Positions 17,234 to 26,719 of a stretch of 64,000 nucleotides of DNA are shown here, piece by piece (the stretch's first letter is position 1; every line of letters begins with the position of its first letter). Source of the stretch: a virus; IMG/VR virus record IMGVR_UViG_3300010399_000033, positions 32,001 to 96,000 of that record. The stretch is one strand, 5' to 3'. The position numbers and the translations under genes are program-made. The notes under the pieces were generated by a model. That model was not told the origin of the DNA and ran no database searches. It worked only from the letters and a program-made list of their open reading frames with translations.

Positions 17234-18457
17234 ATGGCGAACACCACCCTTGGACGTACCTTCGGTGTCGAGATTGAGTGCGTCTCCAATCTGGCACGCA
17301 GCGAGTTGGCGCAACGCATCAGCCATGCCGGCGTCGACTGCCAATCAGAAAGCCTTTCGCATCACACGCGGGACTATTGGCGTGTGACCACTGACGGATC
17401 CGTGGGCGCGAGCGGAATAGAGATCGTATCTCCGGTGCTGAACTGGACGCGCGGGCCCGAGGAGATCATGCGAGTGTGCGAGGTGCTCCGCGCCGCCGGA
17501 TGCCGTGTCAATCCGCAGTGTGGACTGCATGTGCATGTCGGTGTTCGGCATCCGTCGACGTCGTGGTCCACTCCCATGGCAAAGCGGCTGCCGCTGGCAT
17601 ACGCGCGAGCAGAGCATGTGATCGACAAGTGGATGCCACCGTCTCGGCGCGGCGACAGCAACTACTACTGTCGCTCGCTGGCGCAGAGGCTGAAGCAGCA
17701 TAGGGTCCTGGAGGCGAACAGCCCTCGCGATGTCATTGTGGCGGCACGTATGATACACGACTACGCCAACCGCGGTAACCGGTATGTCAAGCTCAATATG
17801 ATACCGGTCTACGATTACGGCACTGTCGAGTTCCGGCAGCATAGCGGCACGCTCGACGACACGAAGGTGATCCAGTGGGCGAAGTTTTGCCTGCGCTTCG
17901 TGGACGCGGCGGCAAGCTACGTGCCGCCAGCGCAGACCGAGGCACCCGCGCCTGCAGCAGCTACTACGCAGACGCTGGCGGCTGGAACTACGCCGCGACG
18001 TCCACGTAGCGGCACCGCGCGTGCTGTCATATTCGACATGCTGACCCGTCCGGAGGGATGCACCACACGCGAGGTTCTCGACGCCACTGGGTGGCGACAG
18101 GTGTCGGTGCTTGGCACCGCTAACCAGATGGGCCTGACTGTCCGCACCGTGCGCGTGCGCGAGACTTACGGCGCGAGGACGCGCAGCGTTCTGCGGTTCT
18201 ATGCCGACTTGCTTGCGCCTATGTTCCAGGCCGCAGTGCAATCTACCCTGGAAATGGCTGTCGCTCCTCCGCTGCTGCCCATGACGTTCACGCAAGACGA
18301 GCTGTTTGAATACCTCGGAATGCCGGACGACGAGCGACTCTACTGGACAACACGAGCGCGGCGCCTGGCTACGATCGAGCAGGGAGCGTCAAACCCCTCG
18401 GCGGTTGGAATGACTGACGACAGTTACAGAGCATACGCACAGGAGGCGATGTCATGA
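17234..18457 (+). CDS. Putative amidoligase (COOH-NH2 ligase type 2) fused to a DUF3489-like wHTH
   Basis: TFGVEIE, DGSV, EIVSPVL, CGLHVHVG, TVEFRQHSGT; C-terminal VIFDMLTRPEGCTTREVLDATGW. Confidence 0.85.
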   Translation: MANTTLGRTFGVEIECVSNLARSELAQRISHAGVDCQSESLSHHTRDYWRVTTDGSVGASGIEIVSPVLNWTRGPEEIMRVCEVLRAAGCRVNPQCGLHVHVGVRHPSTSWSTPMAKRLPLAYARAEHVIDKWMPPSRRGDSNYYCRSLAQRLKQHRVLEANSPRDVIVAARMIHDYANRGNRYVKLNMIPVYDYGTVEFRQHSGTLDDTKVIQWAKFCLRFVDAAASYVPPAQTEAPAPAAATTQTLAAGTTPRRPRSGTARAVIFDMLTRPEGCTTREVLDATGWRQVSVLGTANQMGLTVRTVRVRETYGARTRSVLRFYADLLAPMFQAAVQSTLEMAVAPPLLPMTFTQDELFEYLGMPDDERLYWTTRARRLATIEQGASNPSAVGMTDDSYRAYAQEAMS

Positions 18458-19167
18458 GCAAGGTGATCATCCGGCGCGGCGCCAAGACAACCAGCAAAAC
18501 AAAGAAGCGTCCCACCACAGAGTTCAGGCGAACGTTGAACGCTCCTGCGGTGAAGCGGCCGAAGCCAACTATCCTGTATATGGCCTACGGATCCAACCTG
18601 CACATTCGCAGCATGATGCGGAGGTGCCCCGACGCCGAACCGATCGGGACACGCATGCTCAACAATGCGCGCCTGGTGTTCCGTGGCGTCGCGGATTTGG
18701 CATTCGAGCCTGACCACTTGGCGCCCGTGGCGCTGTGGAATATCTCGACACGCGATGAAGCATCGCTCGACGGATACGAGGGCGTGTCGGCTGGGATCTA
18801 TGGGCGCTACTGGATCCCGCTTGGCGGCGGATACCGCGGCCGCAGGGCGCTGGTCTATCTGATGCACGACACCGGGATCTTCCCGCCGTCTGCACACTAC
18901 GTGTCAACGATCCGCGATGGATACCGCAACTTCCGTCTGGATCAAAGCTTTCTGGACGAGGCGATCGCGCACAGCTATGACCAAAAGACCCCAACGACTC
19001 ACACACGAGATCGACGCGGGCGGCAGCGCGCACTGCGCCAACCGCTGGTCGAGATGCCGGAGGAGGTCGCGCTGGCGCGGTTGGACAGTGTCCAGCTGTT
19101 CCAGCAGACGCAGAAGTTCCCGTTCCAACTGACGTATGATGCTGCAGTCGAGATCATAGAGGAGTGA
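18454..19167 (+). CDS. Gamma-glutamylcyclotransferase-like protein
   Basis: LYMAYGSNL...RCPDA...LDGYEG; coupled to the amidoligase. Confidence 0.85.
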   Translation: MSKVIIRRGAKTTSKTKKRPTTEFRRTLNAPAVKRPKPTILYMAYGSNLHIRSMMRRCPDAEPIGTRMLNNARLVFRGVADLAFEPDHLAPVALWNISTRDEASLDGYEGVSAGIYGRYWIPLGGGYRGRRALVYLMHDTGIFPPSAHYVSTIRDGYRNFRLDQSFLDEAIAHSYDQKTPTTHTRDRRGRQRALRQPLVEMPEEVALARLDSVQLFQQTQKFPFQLTYDAAVEIIEE

Positions 19168-19172
19168 CGTCC

Positions 19173-19499
19173 ATGTCCGATCGAACCAAAAGGATGACCG
19201 AGCCGCCCCCGTGCATGCTGCCTGACGGCACGCTGAACGTGGTGGATCCGCTCGACGTCGCAATACACATGTGCGAGAACTGGGAAAAGCAGCGCCGCAC
19301 AACCAAGAAGGAGAAAGTCATGGATCCGAATGCATGCCTTCTGCAGCTGCTGCAGGCAATCGAGGCGCGTAGGTGGGGCGAGGCGCGTGAGTCTCTTTCC
19401 CACATGGAGCAGTGGATCCAGAACGGCGGGTTTCAGGGGGCTGGCATCGCTGCAGCATCAGCCGCAGTCTATAAAGTGATTTGGGATAAGAAAGGATGA
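19173..19499 (+). CDS. Hypothetical protein with possible internal start at 19320 (MDPNACL)
   Basis: GAGGAG RBS, plus an internal AAGGAG RBS; N-terminal peptide shared with the 46745 gene. Confidence 0.6.
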   Translation: MSDRTKRMTEPPPCMLPDGTLNVVDPLDVAIHMCENWEKQRRTTKKEKVMDPNACLLQLLQAIEARRWGEARESLSHMEQWIQNGGFQGAGIAAASAAVYKVIWDKKG

Positions 19500-19502
19500 C
19501 TT

Positions 19503-19811
19503 ATGTCGGAGGAACGACAGAAGGTGCTGAACCGGGCGCGGCGTGTGCTGGCGCTGATTGAAGCGAACGCAAAACAAGCCACGCCGGGCCCGTGGGATAT
19601 CAGCCATGGGCACGTCTTCAAAGGCGAGGAAAAGAATGGAAAGTGGCATGCGTATGACATCGCGTGTCAGCCATGGGAGCGCAGCCAGTGCGTTTACGGC
19701 GTGAACCCGGACAACAAGCGCGACCGCAATGTGCGGCACATCGCGACCTGTCATCCCAAGGCCATGCAGCAGTTGGGTCGACGATCTGCGCGAGCTGCTG
19801 CCCCGAACTGA
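19503..19811 (+). CDS. Hypothetical protein, possible frameshift near 19775
   Basis: ATPGPW motif common in small phage proteins. Confidence 0.6.
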   Translation: MSEERQKVLNRARRVLALIEANAKQATPGPWDISHGHVFKGEEKNGKWHAYDIACQPWERSQCVYGVNPDNKRDRNVRHIATCHPKAMQQLGRRSARAAAPN

Positions 19812-19830
19812 AACTGGAGGAAAAGAAGTC

Positions 19831-20142
19831 ATGAGCCGATTGTTTGGATGGAGCCTGCCACCGGGGTGCTCGACGCTCCCCGGCGAGGAGGACGAGGGCC
19901 CCTGCGACGTCTGCAAGAAGGCTGTCGACGATTGCATCTGCGATGAGTGTCCGACGTGCGAGGCACAGGGCGATCCGAAGTGTTTTCGCGAGCATGGTCT
20001 GCGCCTGACGCGCGAGCAAGTGGTGTCCCGTCTTGAGGCCGAGGCGTACGAACTGCAGGAACGCCTTGACGGCGTTCGGGCGGAGGCAAGCCGTGTGCGT
20101 AATGGCGGAGAGTTCCTCGACTGGCTTCCGCGGTCGGGGTGA
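19831..20142 (+). CDS. Cys-rich Zn-binding hypothetical protein
   Basis: FGWSLPPGC...CDVC...CICDECPTC...CFREH; GGAGG RBS. Confidence 0.65.
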   Translation: MSRLFGWSLPPGCSTLPGEEDEGPCDVCKKAVDDCICDECPTCEAQGDPKCFREHGLRLTREQVVSRLEAEAYELQERLDGVRAEASRVRNGGEFLDWLPRSG

Positions 20143-20145
20143 GTC

Positions 20146-20391
20146 ATGCGGTTCGTGTGCAAGGGACTGCGTACGGTCCGAGCGGGACCGAGTGTCCGCA
20201 ACGCAGATGACGCCGGCCGGGTGTTCGCTCACCGGCTGGCGTCCAAGATGTTCGGACGCCATGCGCGCTGCCTGTCGATTTCACGGGTGCGGGGAATGCG
20301 CCCCGCCACTTACATGGTGGAGATCGGAAACAGCCGAATGCGCGCGACCGAGATCATTCGCGTCGAGGTGCGATACGGGAGGGAAGAATGA
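20146..20391 (+). CDS. Hypothetical protein
   Basis: Co-directional, coupled to the next gene. Confidence 0.5.
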   Translation: MRFVCKGLRTVRAGPSVRNADDAGRVFAHRLASKMFGRHARCLSISRVRGMRPATYMVEIGNSRMRATEIIRVEVRYGREE

Positions 20392-20672
20392 AAGTCTATG
20401 AGATGATGAACCTGGACGGAGTGAACGCCTGCATGGTGGCTGCGAAAAATCTGAAAGAAGCGGCCGAGCTTATGGACATTACGCCGTATCAAATGCGCCG
20501 CATGGGCTGGAGGTACGCGTCAGACGCCACCACTGATCAGAGCACGCTTGACGCCGCGTCCACTGCTCTGGCCAAGCCAGGTGTGCGCTTGTATCGACCG
20601 GTCACGCCCCGCGCCGAACCGTGGCGCGAGGAGCGCTACTTGCGCGAGGAGCTGTATCGCCGTCCAAGATAG
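20388..20672 (+). CDS. Hypothetical protein, HTH-like
   Basis: NLKEAAELMDITPYQMR; GGAGG RBS. Confidence 0.6.
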   Translation: MKVYEMMNLDGVNACMVAAKNLKEAAELMDITPYQMRRMGWRYASDATTDQSTLDAASTALAKPGVRLYRPVTPRAEPWREERYLREELYRRPR

Positions 20673-22194
20673 CGTGCATCTGCTCCTGGCCCTCGCGCAC
20701 GAACTCCAGCACCTTCTCGTCATTGGTGTCCTCGGTGACCAAGTCGTACAAGAACACGTGCTCATGTGCGGAGCCCTGCCGCCGGATGCGGCCTTCGCAC
20801 TGCGCACGGACCGTGCTCGACACCGGCGACTCATAGAAGAAACCGTACTTCGCAATCTGGATGTTCAGGCCGGCGCCGAACAAGTTCTGCAGCAGCATGA
20901 CCCGGCGCCGATCGTCGTTGACAAAGGACAGCAGCTCCTGATCGCTGCGTTTCGCCCTTCCCGCCAGATGGCTATATCCGATCTTCAGTCGTTTGAGCTG
21001 CTCGGCGATCCGCGCCGCGGACCAGGTGAACTCGTAGAAGATTACACACTTGTGCTCGTCGACGACGCCCTCCACCAGCGACATCAGCATTTCAAGCTTC
21101 GGGTTCTCGTCGAAGGCAAACTGCGCTCGCGTCCCCGTATCGTCGTCGCTGTAGCCGACAAATCCGGACGAGATCTGCCGCAGGCGTAGGAACGCGTTCT
21201 TGCTCTCCTGAATACTGCCGCGCCCGTTCTTCCACAGCTCCCAGGCGCGTTTGTAATGCGTCTGCGCATCGGTCGGCAGCTGGATGTATTTCTTGATCAT
21301 GCTGCATGCCGGAAGATCGGCTTCGTTGGCGCGGATGCGGATGGACCGGTGATTCAGGACCCGGCGCAGTTCCGGCATCATCTGCTTTCGGAAATTGTAC
21401 TCGCGTCCGCCCCAATAGTTGTCCTTGGCTGAGAAGAACACGTCGCGGAAGAACCCGAGCGTCTTGCCCAAAGTCTCGCCGTTGTCGACCAGGAACATCT
21501 GCGACCACACCCGCTCGACGTTTCGACCGAACGGCGTTCCTGACAGAGCGAAGACCAATTGCGCGGTCTGGCCCAGCTTGCGGCTGATGCGGAAGGGAAG
21601 CGTCTTCTTGTTGGCGCAGTTCTGCGACTCGTCGATCACCAGCCCGGACGTCAGTCGAGAAAGCTTAGTGATCTTGCCGCGCTTCGGAACCACACGCAGC
21701 TTCTTGCTCTTGCTTTTGCCCTTTCGTCCGTCGCGGCCGAGGTCGCCCACCAGCCGCGCCATGCCGCCGTAAGTCTCAATCATCAGGAGCGCATCATCGC
21801 CGTGCTCCTCGATCTGTGCCCACTTGTCGCGAGACGAGCCGCGAAGCACCAGGTATGGCAGGTGAGGCATGTGCTTCTCGATCTCACGCTGCCACTCGGC
21901 CTTGTTTGGCTTGCGCGGGACGAGCACGATCACTGGGATGCGCAGATGGTTGACTAGCGCCAGCATGACGAAAGTTTTGCCCGTTCCCGTCGCCGCCCAT
22001 AGGGCGAACCGGCGTGTGCGCAGGCAGATGAGGAACATGACCTTCTGGTGCCGGCGCATGCGGCGCCACACATCGGGGTCGACCTTATGCTTTCGCGCCA
22101 GCCGGTCGAGCTGGACGGCGCTGAGTCGCTGGTAGACTCGCCAGTCGTCGCGCTCCTTCTCCAGGAACGCGCGGATGATGCGCTCTGGTGTCAT
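20602..22194 (-). CDS. SF2 (SNF2-like) helicase
   Basis: ATGTGKT, VIDESQ, ALSGTP, GAGLNIQ, QCEGRIRRQG. Confidence 0.92.
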   Translation of the reverse strand: MTPERIIRAFLEKERDDWRVYQRLSAVQLDRLARKHKVDPDVWRRMRRHQKVMFLICLRTRRFALWAATGTGKTFVMLALVNHLRIPVIVLVPRKPNKAEWQREIEKHMPHLPYLVLRGSSRDKWAQIEEHGDDALLMIETYGGMARLVGDLGRDGRKGKSKSKKLRVVPKRGKITKLSRLTSGLVIDESQNCANKKTLPFRISRKLGQTAQLVFALSGTPFGRNVERVWSQMFLVDNGETLGKTLGFFRDVFFSAKDNYWGGREYNFRKQMMPELRRVLNHRSIRIRANEADLPACSMIKKYIQLPTDAQTHYKRAWELWKNGRGSIQESKNAFLRLRQISSGFVGYSDDDTGTRAQFAFDENPKLEMLMSLVEGVVDEHKCVIFYEFTWSAARIAEQLKRLKIGYSHLAGRAKRSDQELLSFVNDDRRRVMLLQNLFGAGLNIQIAKYGFFYESPVSSTVRAQCEGRIRRQGSAHEHVFLYDLVTEDTNDEKVLEFVREGQEQMHAILDGDTAPRASSAPRATVRRGA

Positions 22195-22665
22195 CAGTGA
22201 TGCGTCGCCACGCTGGCGACGGGGCCTTCCAGCGCCTCGCATATGAGCACCAAGGGCCCGCCGCGGTGTGTCCGGATGGTGATCGGCCTTTTGGTCTCTG
22301 TGATCGCAACTCTGATCGGATTCCTCATTTCGCGCTCCACCAGGCATGCACCTGCTCGGTAATCAGGTGCCCGCGCAGACCAAGAGCATGCAGCTTGGCG
22401 CGGAAGACATGGAGCGAAATCTCCCGCGCGTTGAACTGCCGACCGGCTTCGGCAATCCGCGCCTCGATGATCTCCCGCCGCTCCGGATCATCGCGGTTCA
22501 CTGACGTTTTCCTGACTTCTTTGCGCCTAAGCGTTCAAGCCACACACCGAACTGGAACCCACCCATCGCGGCCTGCAGCGCGATCATCCATGGCTCACTC
22601 AGCACAGTTGCAGCTAGGATTATCAGAGCTGTAGCAATGACTAGGCGGATGCGTTCATGGTTCAT
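22194..22665 (-). CDS. Three small coupled ORFs: 22498-22665 (55-aa membrane protein), 22325-22501 and 22194-22328
   Basis: Not in the ORF track. ATGA/GTGA/TGATG overlaps fill the gap between thyX and the helicase exactly. Confidence 0.55.
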
Positions 22666-23576
22666 TGGCACTCACCGGGCAGCGACTTGCGAAATTGGCG
22701 CCAGCCGCGGAGGTTGCCGTGAAGGTGCGGGCACTCCCAGGCGGTTCTGGTGCAGGCCGCGTCGACCCACACCTGCGTGTCAGGCGTCGCCTGATGCTCG
22801 CACGGTGAGGCGTGGAGCGGGACGGAGGCCACCAGCCGGTCGTAGAGCGCGAGGTCCTGCTCGACCGTCGGCACCTTGCCGTCCTGGGTCAGGTATGAGA
22901 CGCGAGCACAGCGCGCCACCGACACCTTGATGACCTGCTCCAGGTTCATGGGGACCTCGTCGGCACCGCTCTCGTGCTGGCGGGGTGTCACATAGGGCAG
23001 ATGCCACTCGCCGGGCTGCAGCACCCGCGGGGTTGCGCCAGCGATCGCGTCCCGCACAGCCTCGGCGAGCGCACGCATCTCTGGCTGCGCGTCGGGATGG
23101 CAGCGCAGCGCGAAGAAGTTGGACCACTCGGTCGCGGTCACGACCACGTTGATGTGCAGCCACGGTTCCAGCAGGCGGTTGACGATCTGCTTGTGATATT
23201 TGGCCTTGGCGAAAGCCCCCGCCGCATCGACCATCTGATCTCGCGCACGCAGCCACGCGTGCAAACGATCGCAGACCATGTGAGTGCGGTCATCACGGTC
23301 GGACATCGGCATCAGCACCGGCTCGTCGCACTCCTCCCGCGCCTGCATGCCGGGCTGGTTCTTGCCCCAGTGCATTGGGATGACCGGGTCGTCCAGCACG
23401 TCCTGGATCATGCGTTCGACCGGGATCGCGCGGGACGACGAGGCGTTGCGCGAAAATACGCGGTGCGTCATCAGCTCGCCGTGGATGAGCTTGGGGTAGC
23501 GGAGCTGCAGAGTGTAGAGCGGCGGGCCGCCGTGCGGGTGGGCGGATGCCGCGATGATCTTTGCCGTGATGGTCAT
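22662..23576 (-). CDS. thyX: FAD-dependent thymidylate synthase (ThyX/Thy1)
   Basis: ELMTHRVFSRNASSSRAIP, HKQIVNRLLEP, FFALRCHPDAQPEM, HASPCEHQA. Confidence 0.92.
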   Translation of the reverse strand: MTITAKIIAASAHPHGGPPLYTLQLRYPKLIHGELMTHRVFSRNASSSRAIPVERMIQDVLDDPVIPMHWGKNQPGMQAREECDEPVLMPMSDRDDRTHMVCDRLHAWLRARDQMVDAAGAFAKAKYHKQIVNRLLEPWLHINVVVTATEWSNFFALRCHPDAQPEMRALAEAVRDAIAGATPRVLQPGEWHLPYVTPRQHESGADEVPMNLEQVIKVSVARCARVSYLTQDGKVPTVEQDLALYDRLVASVPLHASPCEHQATPDTQVWVDAACTRTAWECPHLHGNLRGWRQFRKSLPGECQ

Positions 23577-23920
23577 GTGTTCCGTCTCCTACTTATTACC
23601 AAACAAAGATGCTGAATGCCGATTAGAGTGAACCCCCAACGCGGCGCGAGCGATAGCATTAGCAAGAACAACAGCCATGCCGGCACCTGTACGATCTCCG
23701 TCCACATGTAAGTTTCCCCGAACAGCACAGCGAAGGCGCTGACTATAACTGCCCCCACGCACAAGGTAGCTAGCAGTTCTTTGTTATTGGCAGCCTCTAT
23801 TAGTATCCCGCCGAGCCACCAAACAGGGAACGCGAGCAGGCCAAATTCGCTAGGGATCAGCCCGGCGAGGATTAGCGTGACCGCCAGGATCGGGAAACCG
23901 ATCAGCCATCCGACGTACAT
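23573..23920 (-). CDS. Multi-pass membrane protein
   Basis: About four hydrophobic segments; lower GC than its neighbours. Confidence 0.55.
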   Translation of the reverse strand: MYVGWLIGFPILAVTLILAGLIPSEFGLLAFPVWWLGGILIEAANNKELLATLCVGAVIVSAFAVLFGETYMWTEIVQVPAWLLFLLMLSLAPRWGFTLIGIQHLCLVISRRRNT

Positions 23921-24321
23921 GGGTTTACCCCTAGGTTTTGCCGACGTTCGTAGTCGGCGTAGTAGTTGAGATACCACTGCGCCTTGGCAATGTCCTCGCT
24001 CCCGCCCTTCTTCTTGGCGCGGGCAAGGTATTTGTGGATGTTGAACTTGAGCGCGCCGCGGAATTCTTCGGGCGTCAGCCATGCTTCCAATACCTTGATG
24101 ACCTCGTACGGGTTGTCTGCACCGCCGTAGTGGTCAGGATGGTTCACAGCTTCCTCGGAAGTGCCGCCTTCGAGCAACTCGACGGTCAGGTCGATCTTTG
24201 ACGGATCTGTGCAATCAAGCCCTTCCAGAATTATTTCGCGCATCTCATATGCCACGTTCTCGTCACCTACTTCGGTGAAGCAGAACTGCGGCAGTGTGAC
24301 ACGAAATGAATGGCTGGTCAT
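23902..24321 (-). CDS. DUF3310 family protein (T7 gp1.7-like nucleotide kinase family)
   Basis: VNHPDHY...EVIKV...NIHKYLARAKKK...EDIAKAQWYL. Confidence 0.85.
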   Translation of the reverse strand: MTSHSFRVTLPQFCFTEVGDENVAYEMREIILEGLDCTDPSKIDLTVELLEGGTSEEAVNHPDHYGGADNPYEVIKVLEAWLTPEEFRGALKFNIHKYLARAKKKGGSEDIAKAQWYLNYYADYERRQNLGVNPCTSDG

Positions 24322-24809
24322 GAAGTAGCATCCTTCTGTCGGCGACGGATCTCGCTCTCGGCTAGCCTAGACAGCTCGTGGGTCAATGTAGGCCCACCCG
24401 CTGCCACCAGCATGTCGCACGCGCGACATTCTTGCAAAGTCAGATTCGGTCGACGCGCACCAAAGTGTTTGAGGTAGTACGCGAACATGATCTGCGCGGC
24501 GGCATAGTCGACGCCATGATCGTGAACGAAGTGCATAACCGGGAAAGCTCCAGTGCGCTGCGCCACATCGGATTTGTGCAAGGCATTGTAGACAGCCTCG
24601 GCTTCGCTGCGGTGCTCGGGCGTATGCTTGGCAACGTCCGCCTCGAACCTTTCCACTGAATACCCGGGACGTCCGGGTTCTCCGATCTTGATGCCCAATC
24701 GATCGAGACTGGCGTGCATGGCGTGCCGCGACAACGCCTCGGCGATCAGAGCGATGGTCTCGTCCTTCGACATCGGATCAATCTCCCGGAACCCCGTTGT
24801 CCTCTTCAT
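24318..24809 (-). CDS. Hypothetical protein
   Basis: 163 aa, co-directional. Confidence 0.55.
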   Translation of the reverse strand: MKRTTGFREIDPMSKDETIALIAEALSRHAMHASLDRLGIKIGEPGRPGYSVERFEADVAKHTPEHRSEAEAVYNALHKSDVAQRTGAFPVMHFVHDHGVDYAAAQIMFAYYLKHFGARRPNLTLQECRACDMLVAAGGPTLTHELSRLAESEIRRRQKDATS

Positions 24810-26238
24810 ATGTCTCAGCTACGCCGTTCGTCGGCATCAGCGTGTCGAAATAGTCGTCAGGCAACACTACCGAGTCGGTGCAGAACTGCCCTCGGTCGAG
24901 GTGCTGGGTAATCAACAGACCGAACTTGTCCTTTTTCGATCGCGCGTGCTCGACATACACGCGCGCCAAGCCGAATTGCCTTTCCGGACGAGTCGCCGAG
25001 TAGGTCAGGACGATATCCGCCGTCTGGATCTGGCTGATGTCCTCGCCGATGTCGGTGGAGCGAGCCACCTCGTTTTCGTTACCTTTCCTGTTGAGCTGAT
25101 CAACCACAACCAGTGCAAGATTGCGCTCGAACGCCAACGCGCGCAGCCGTTCCAGATTATGCCCAAGACTGATCCGGTAGTCGCTCGCCGACCGTGCGTT
25201 CTGTTTCATCAGCTTGGGATAGTCCAGGACCATCAGGTCGGGGATGAAGCCATCAACCATCTCAATGCTGTCGAGGTAAGCTGACAGCATCTCGACACTC
25301 AGCGCGCGGTTGGGGAACTGCTTGATGATCAGATTGGACTCCTTGCCGCGCAGCTGTTCCATTCGCGCCGCAAGTTCCTCGGCGAGCACCGGGCTGTTGA
25401 GGTCAAACTGAACCGGGACGTCCTCGTGCTCGATCGCGCGGATGTCGCCGTTGCCGTCGCGGAGGATGATTGGCGCGCGCGTCATCTCAGCTGATTGCTG
25501 CGGCACGCCGAACAGCGACTGGTAGTAGCGCATCCGCGTTTCGTTTTCCGAGTTCTCCAAGCTGATATGCAGGACGCGCAGTCGGCGCAGCAATGCGGCC
25601 TTGGCAACGCCGACCAGGAACCACGACTTGCCACCACCCTTAGGTCCGATCAGCAGGAAAATACGTTTCCGCGCCGGGACGATTCCGCGCCGGTCCAGGA
25701 CCGCAATTCCTGTCGAGAACTCACGATTGTCATTGCGCAGCCATTCGATGAATTCCTCAAGTGGATCGTCTAGCTTGACGCCGCGCTCGAACATCTGGTT
25801 CCGCGCGCGCATGATGTCGGCAAGGATTTCCTCGACATCCTCGATCGAGCTGTCGCCCTGCCGCGTAATGATTTCAGCGGAGCGAAGGATTGCTTCCTTG
25901 AGCTGACCTTCACGGTTCTTCCGCTGCAGCGTGTCGACCACGTATTTGGCATTGATGCCCTCGGAGAGCATCGCCATCTGCATCAGGATGCGGCGGATCA
26001 GACTGGCGCGACGGTTCGTCGGATCCTCGAGGATATCCGCGAACAGATCAGCCGTGTGTGCCTTCGGCGCGTGCCCATACTGCCGCCAGTAAGTCACGCA
26101 CCGCTCGGCGATCAGGCGGTACTCGCCGTCGAGCGCCTCGACGTCGAGCGCAGAGGCGACGATCCGACCGTTCTGGTCGTCGTGAGCTAGGATCGTGATA
26201 ATATTCTCACATTGGGCGCCAGATGGTTTCTCAGTCAT
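24778..26238 (-). CDS. DnaB-like replicative helicase
   Basis: STGIAVLD, GPKGGGKS, HISLEN, VLDYP, QLNR, DIGEDISQIQTAD. Confidence 0.92.
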   Translation of the reverse strand: MTEKPSGAQCENIITILAHDDQNGRIVASALDVEALDGEYRLIAERCVTYWRQYGHAPKAHTADLFADILEDPTNRRASLIRRILMQMAMLSEGINAKYVVDTLQRKNREGQLKEAILRSAEIITRQGDSSIEDVEEILADIMRARNQMFERGVKLDDPLEEFIEWLRNDNREFSTGIAVLDRRGIVPARKRIFLLIGPKGGGKSWFLVGVAKAALLRRLRVLHISLENSENETRMRYYQSLFGVPQQSAEMTRAPIILRDGNGDIRAIEHEDVPVQFDLNSPVLAEELAARMEQLRGKESNLIIKQFPNRALSVEMLSAYLDSIEMVDGFIPDLMVLDYPKLMKQNARSASDYRISLGHNLERLRALAFERNLALVVVDQLNRKGNENEVARSTDIGEDISQIQTADIVLTYSATRPERQFGLARVYVEHARSKKDKFGLLITQHLDRGQFCTDSVVLPDDYFDTLMPTNGVAETYEEDNGVPGD

Positions 26239-26711
26239 TTTTTGAGCCCCTTGTTCCAAGCAACTCTCCCCATTGTAGCGAATGATATTTTTCGGCGATG
26301 CTCCTCAGATTTAGGAATACCCTTAGTTTTCCCACGAAGACCCTTCGATATCTTTTTCTTGTGGGCGGATGTTAGCTTCCTTCCCCTCATTGCTATTGAT
26401 TGCTTTTCCTTATGCTCCTGTGTTTTTGGAATACCTCGCATTCTGGGAGCTGCGTCGATATGATTTTGCTCGCATCTGGTTATGATTACATTTCCGACTT
26501 CGTATGAGCCGACGTCCCCTGGCCGCGCCATAACGAACTGACCAAGCATGCGTCCTCGATTTTTCAAATGCCCTGAATCCTGCCAAATACTAAGCCAATC
26601 CTCGAATGTCAGCGTGAATGCGATTCCACGCCTCTTAGCGGAGGAGCGTTGGGTGCACCAGGCTCTTCTCCACTTCCTTATTTGCGCGGCAGTCGGCATT
26701 GCTGAAGTCAT
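26235..26711 (-). CDS. HNH-like homing endonuclease with NUMOD3 repeats
   Basis: Same core as 6107-6532, plus EHKEKQS / HKKKIS / EEHRRKIS...AWNKG NUMOD3-type repeats; AT-richer than its flanks. Confidence 0.75.
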   Translation of the reverse strand: MTSAMPTAAQIRKWRRAWCTQRSSAKRRGIAFTLTFEDWLSIWQDSGHLKNRGRMLGQFVMARPGDVGSYEVGNVIITRCEQNHIDAAPRMRGIPKTQEHKEKQSIAMRGRKLTSAHKKKISKGLRGKTKGIPKSEEHRRKISFATMGRVAWNKGLKK

Positions 26712-26719
26712 GGTTGTTG

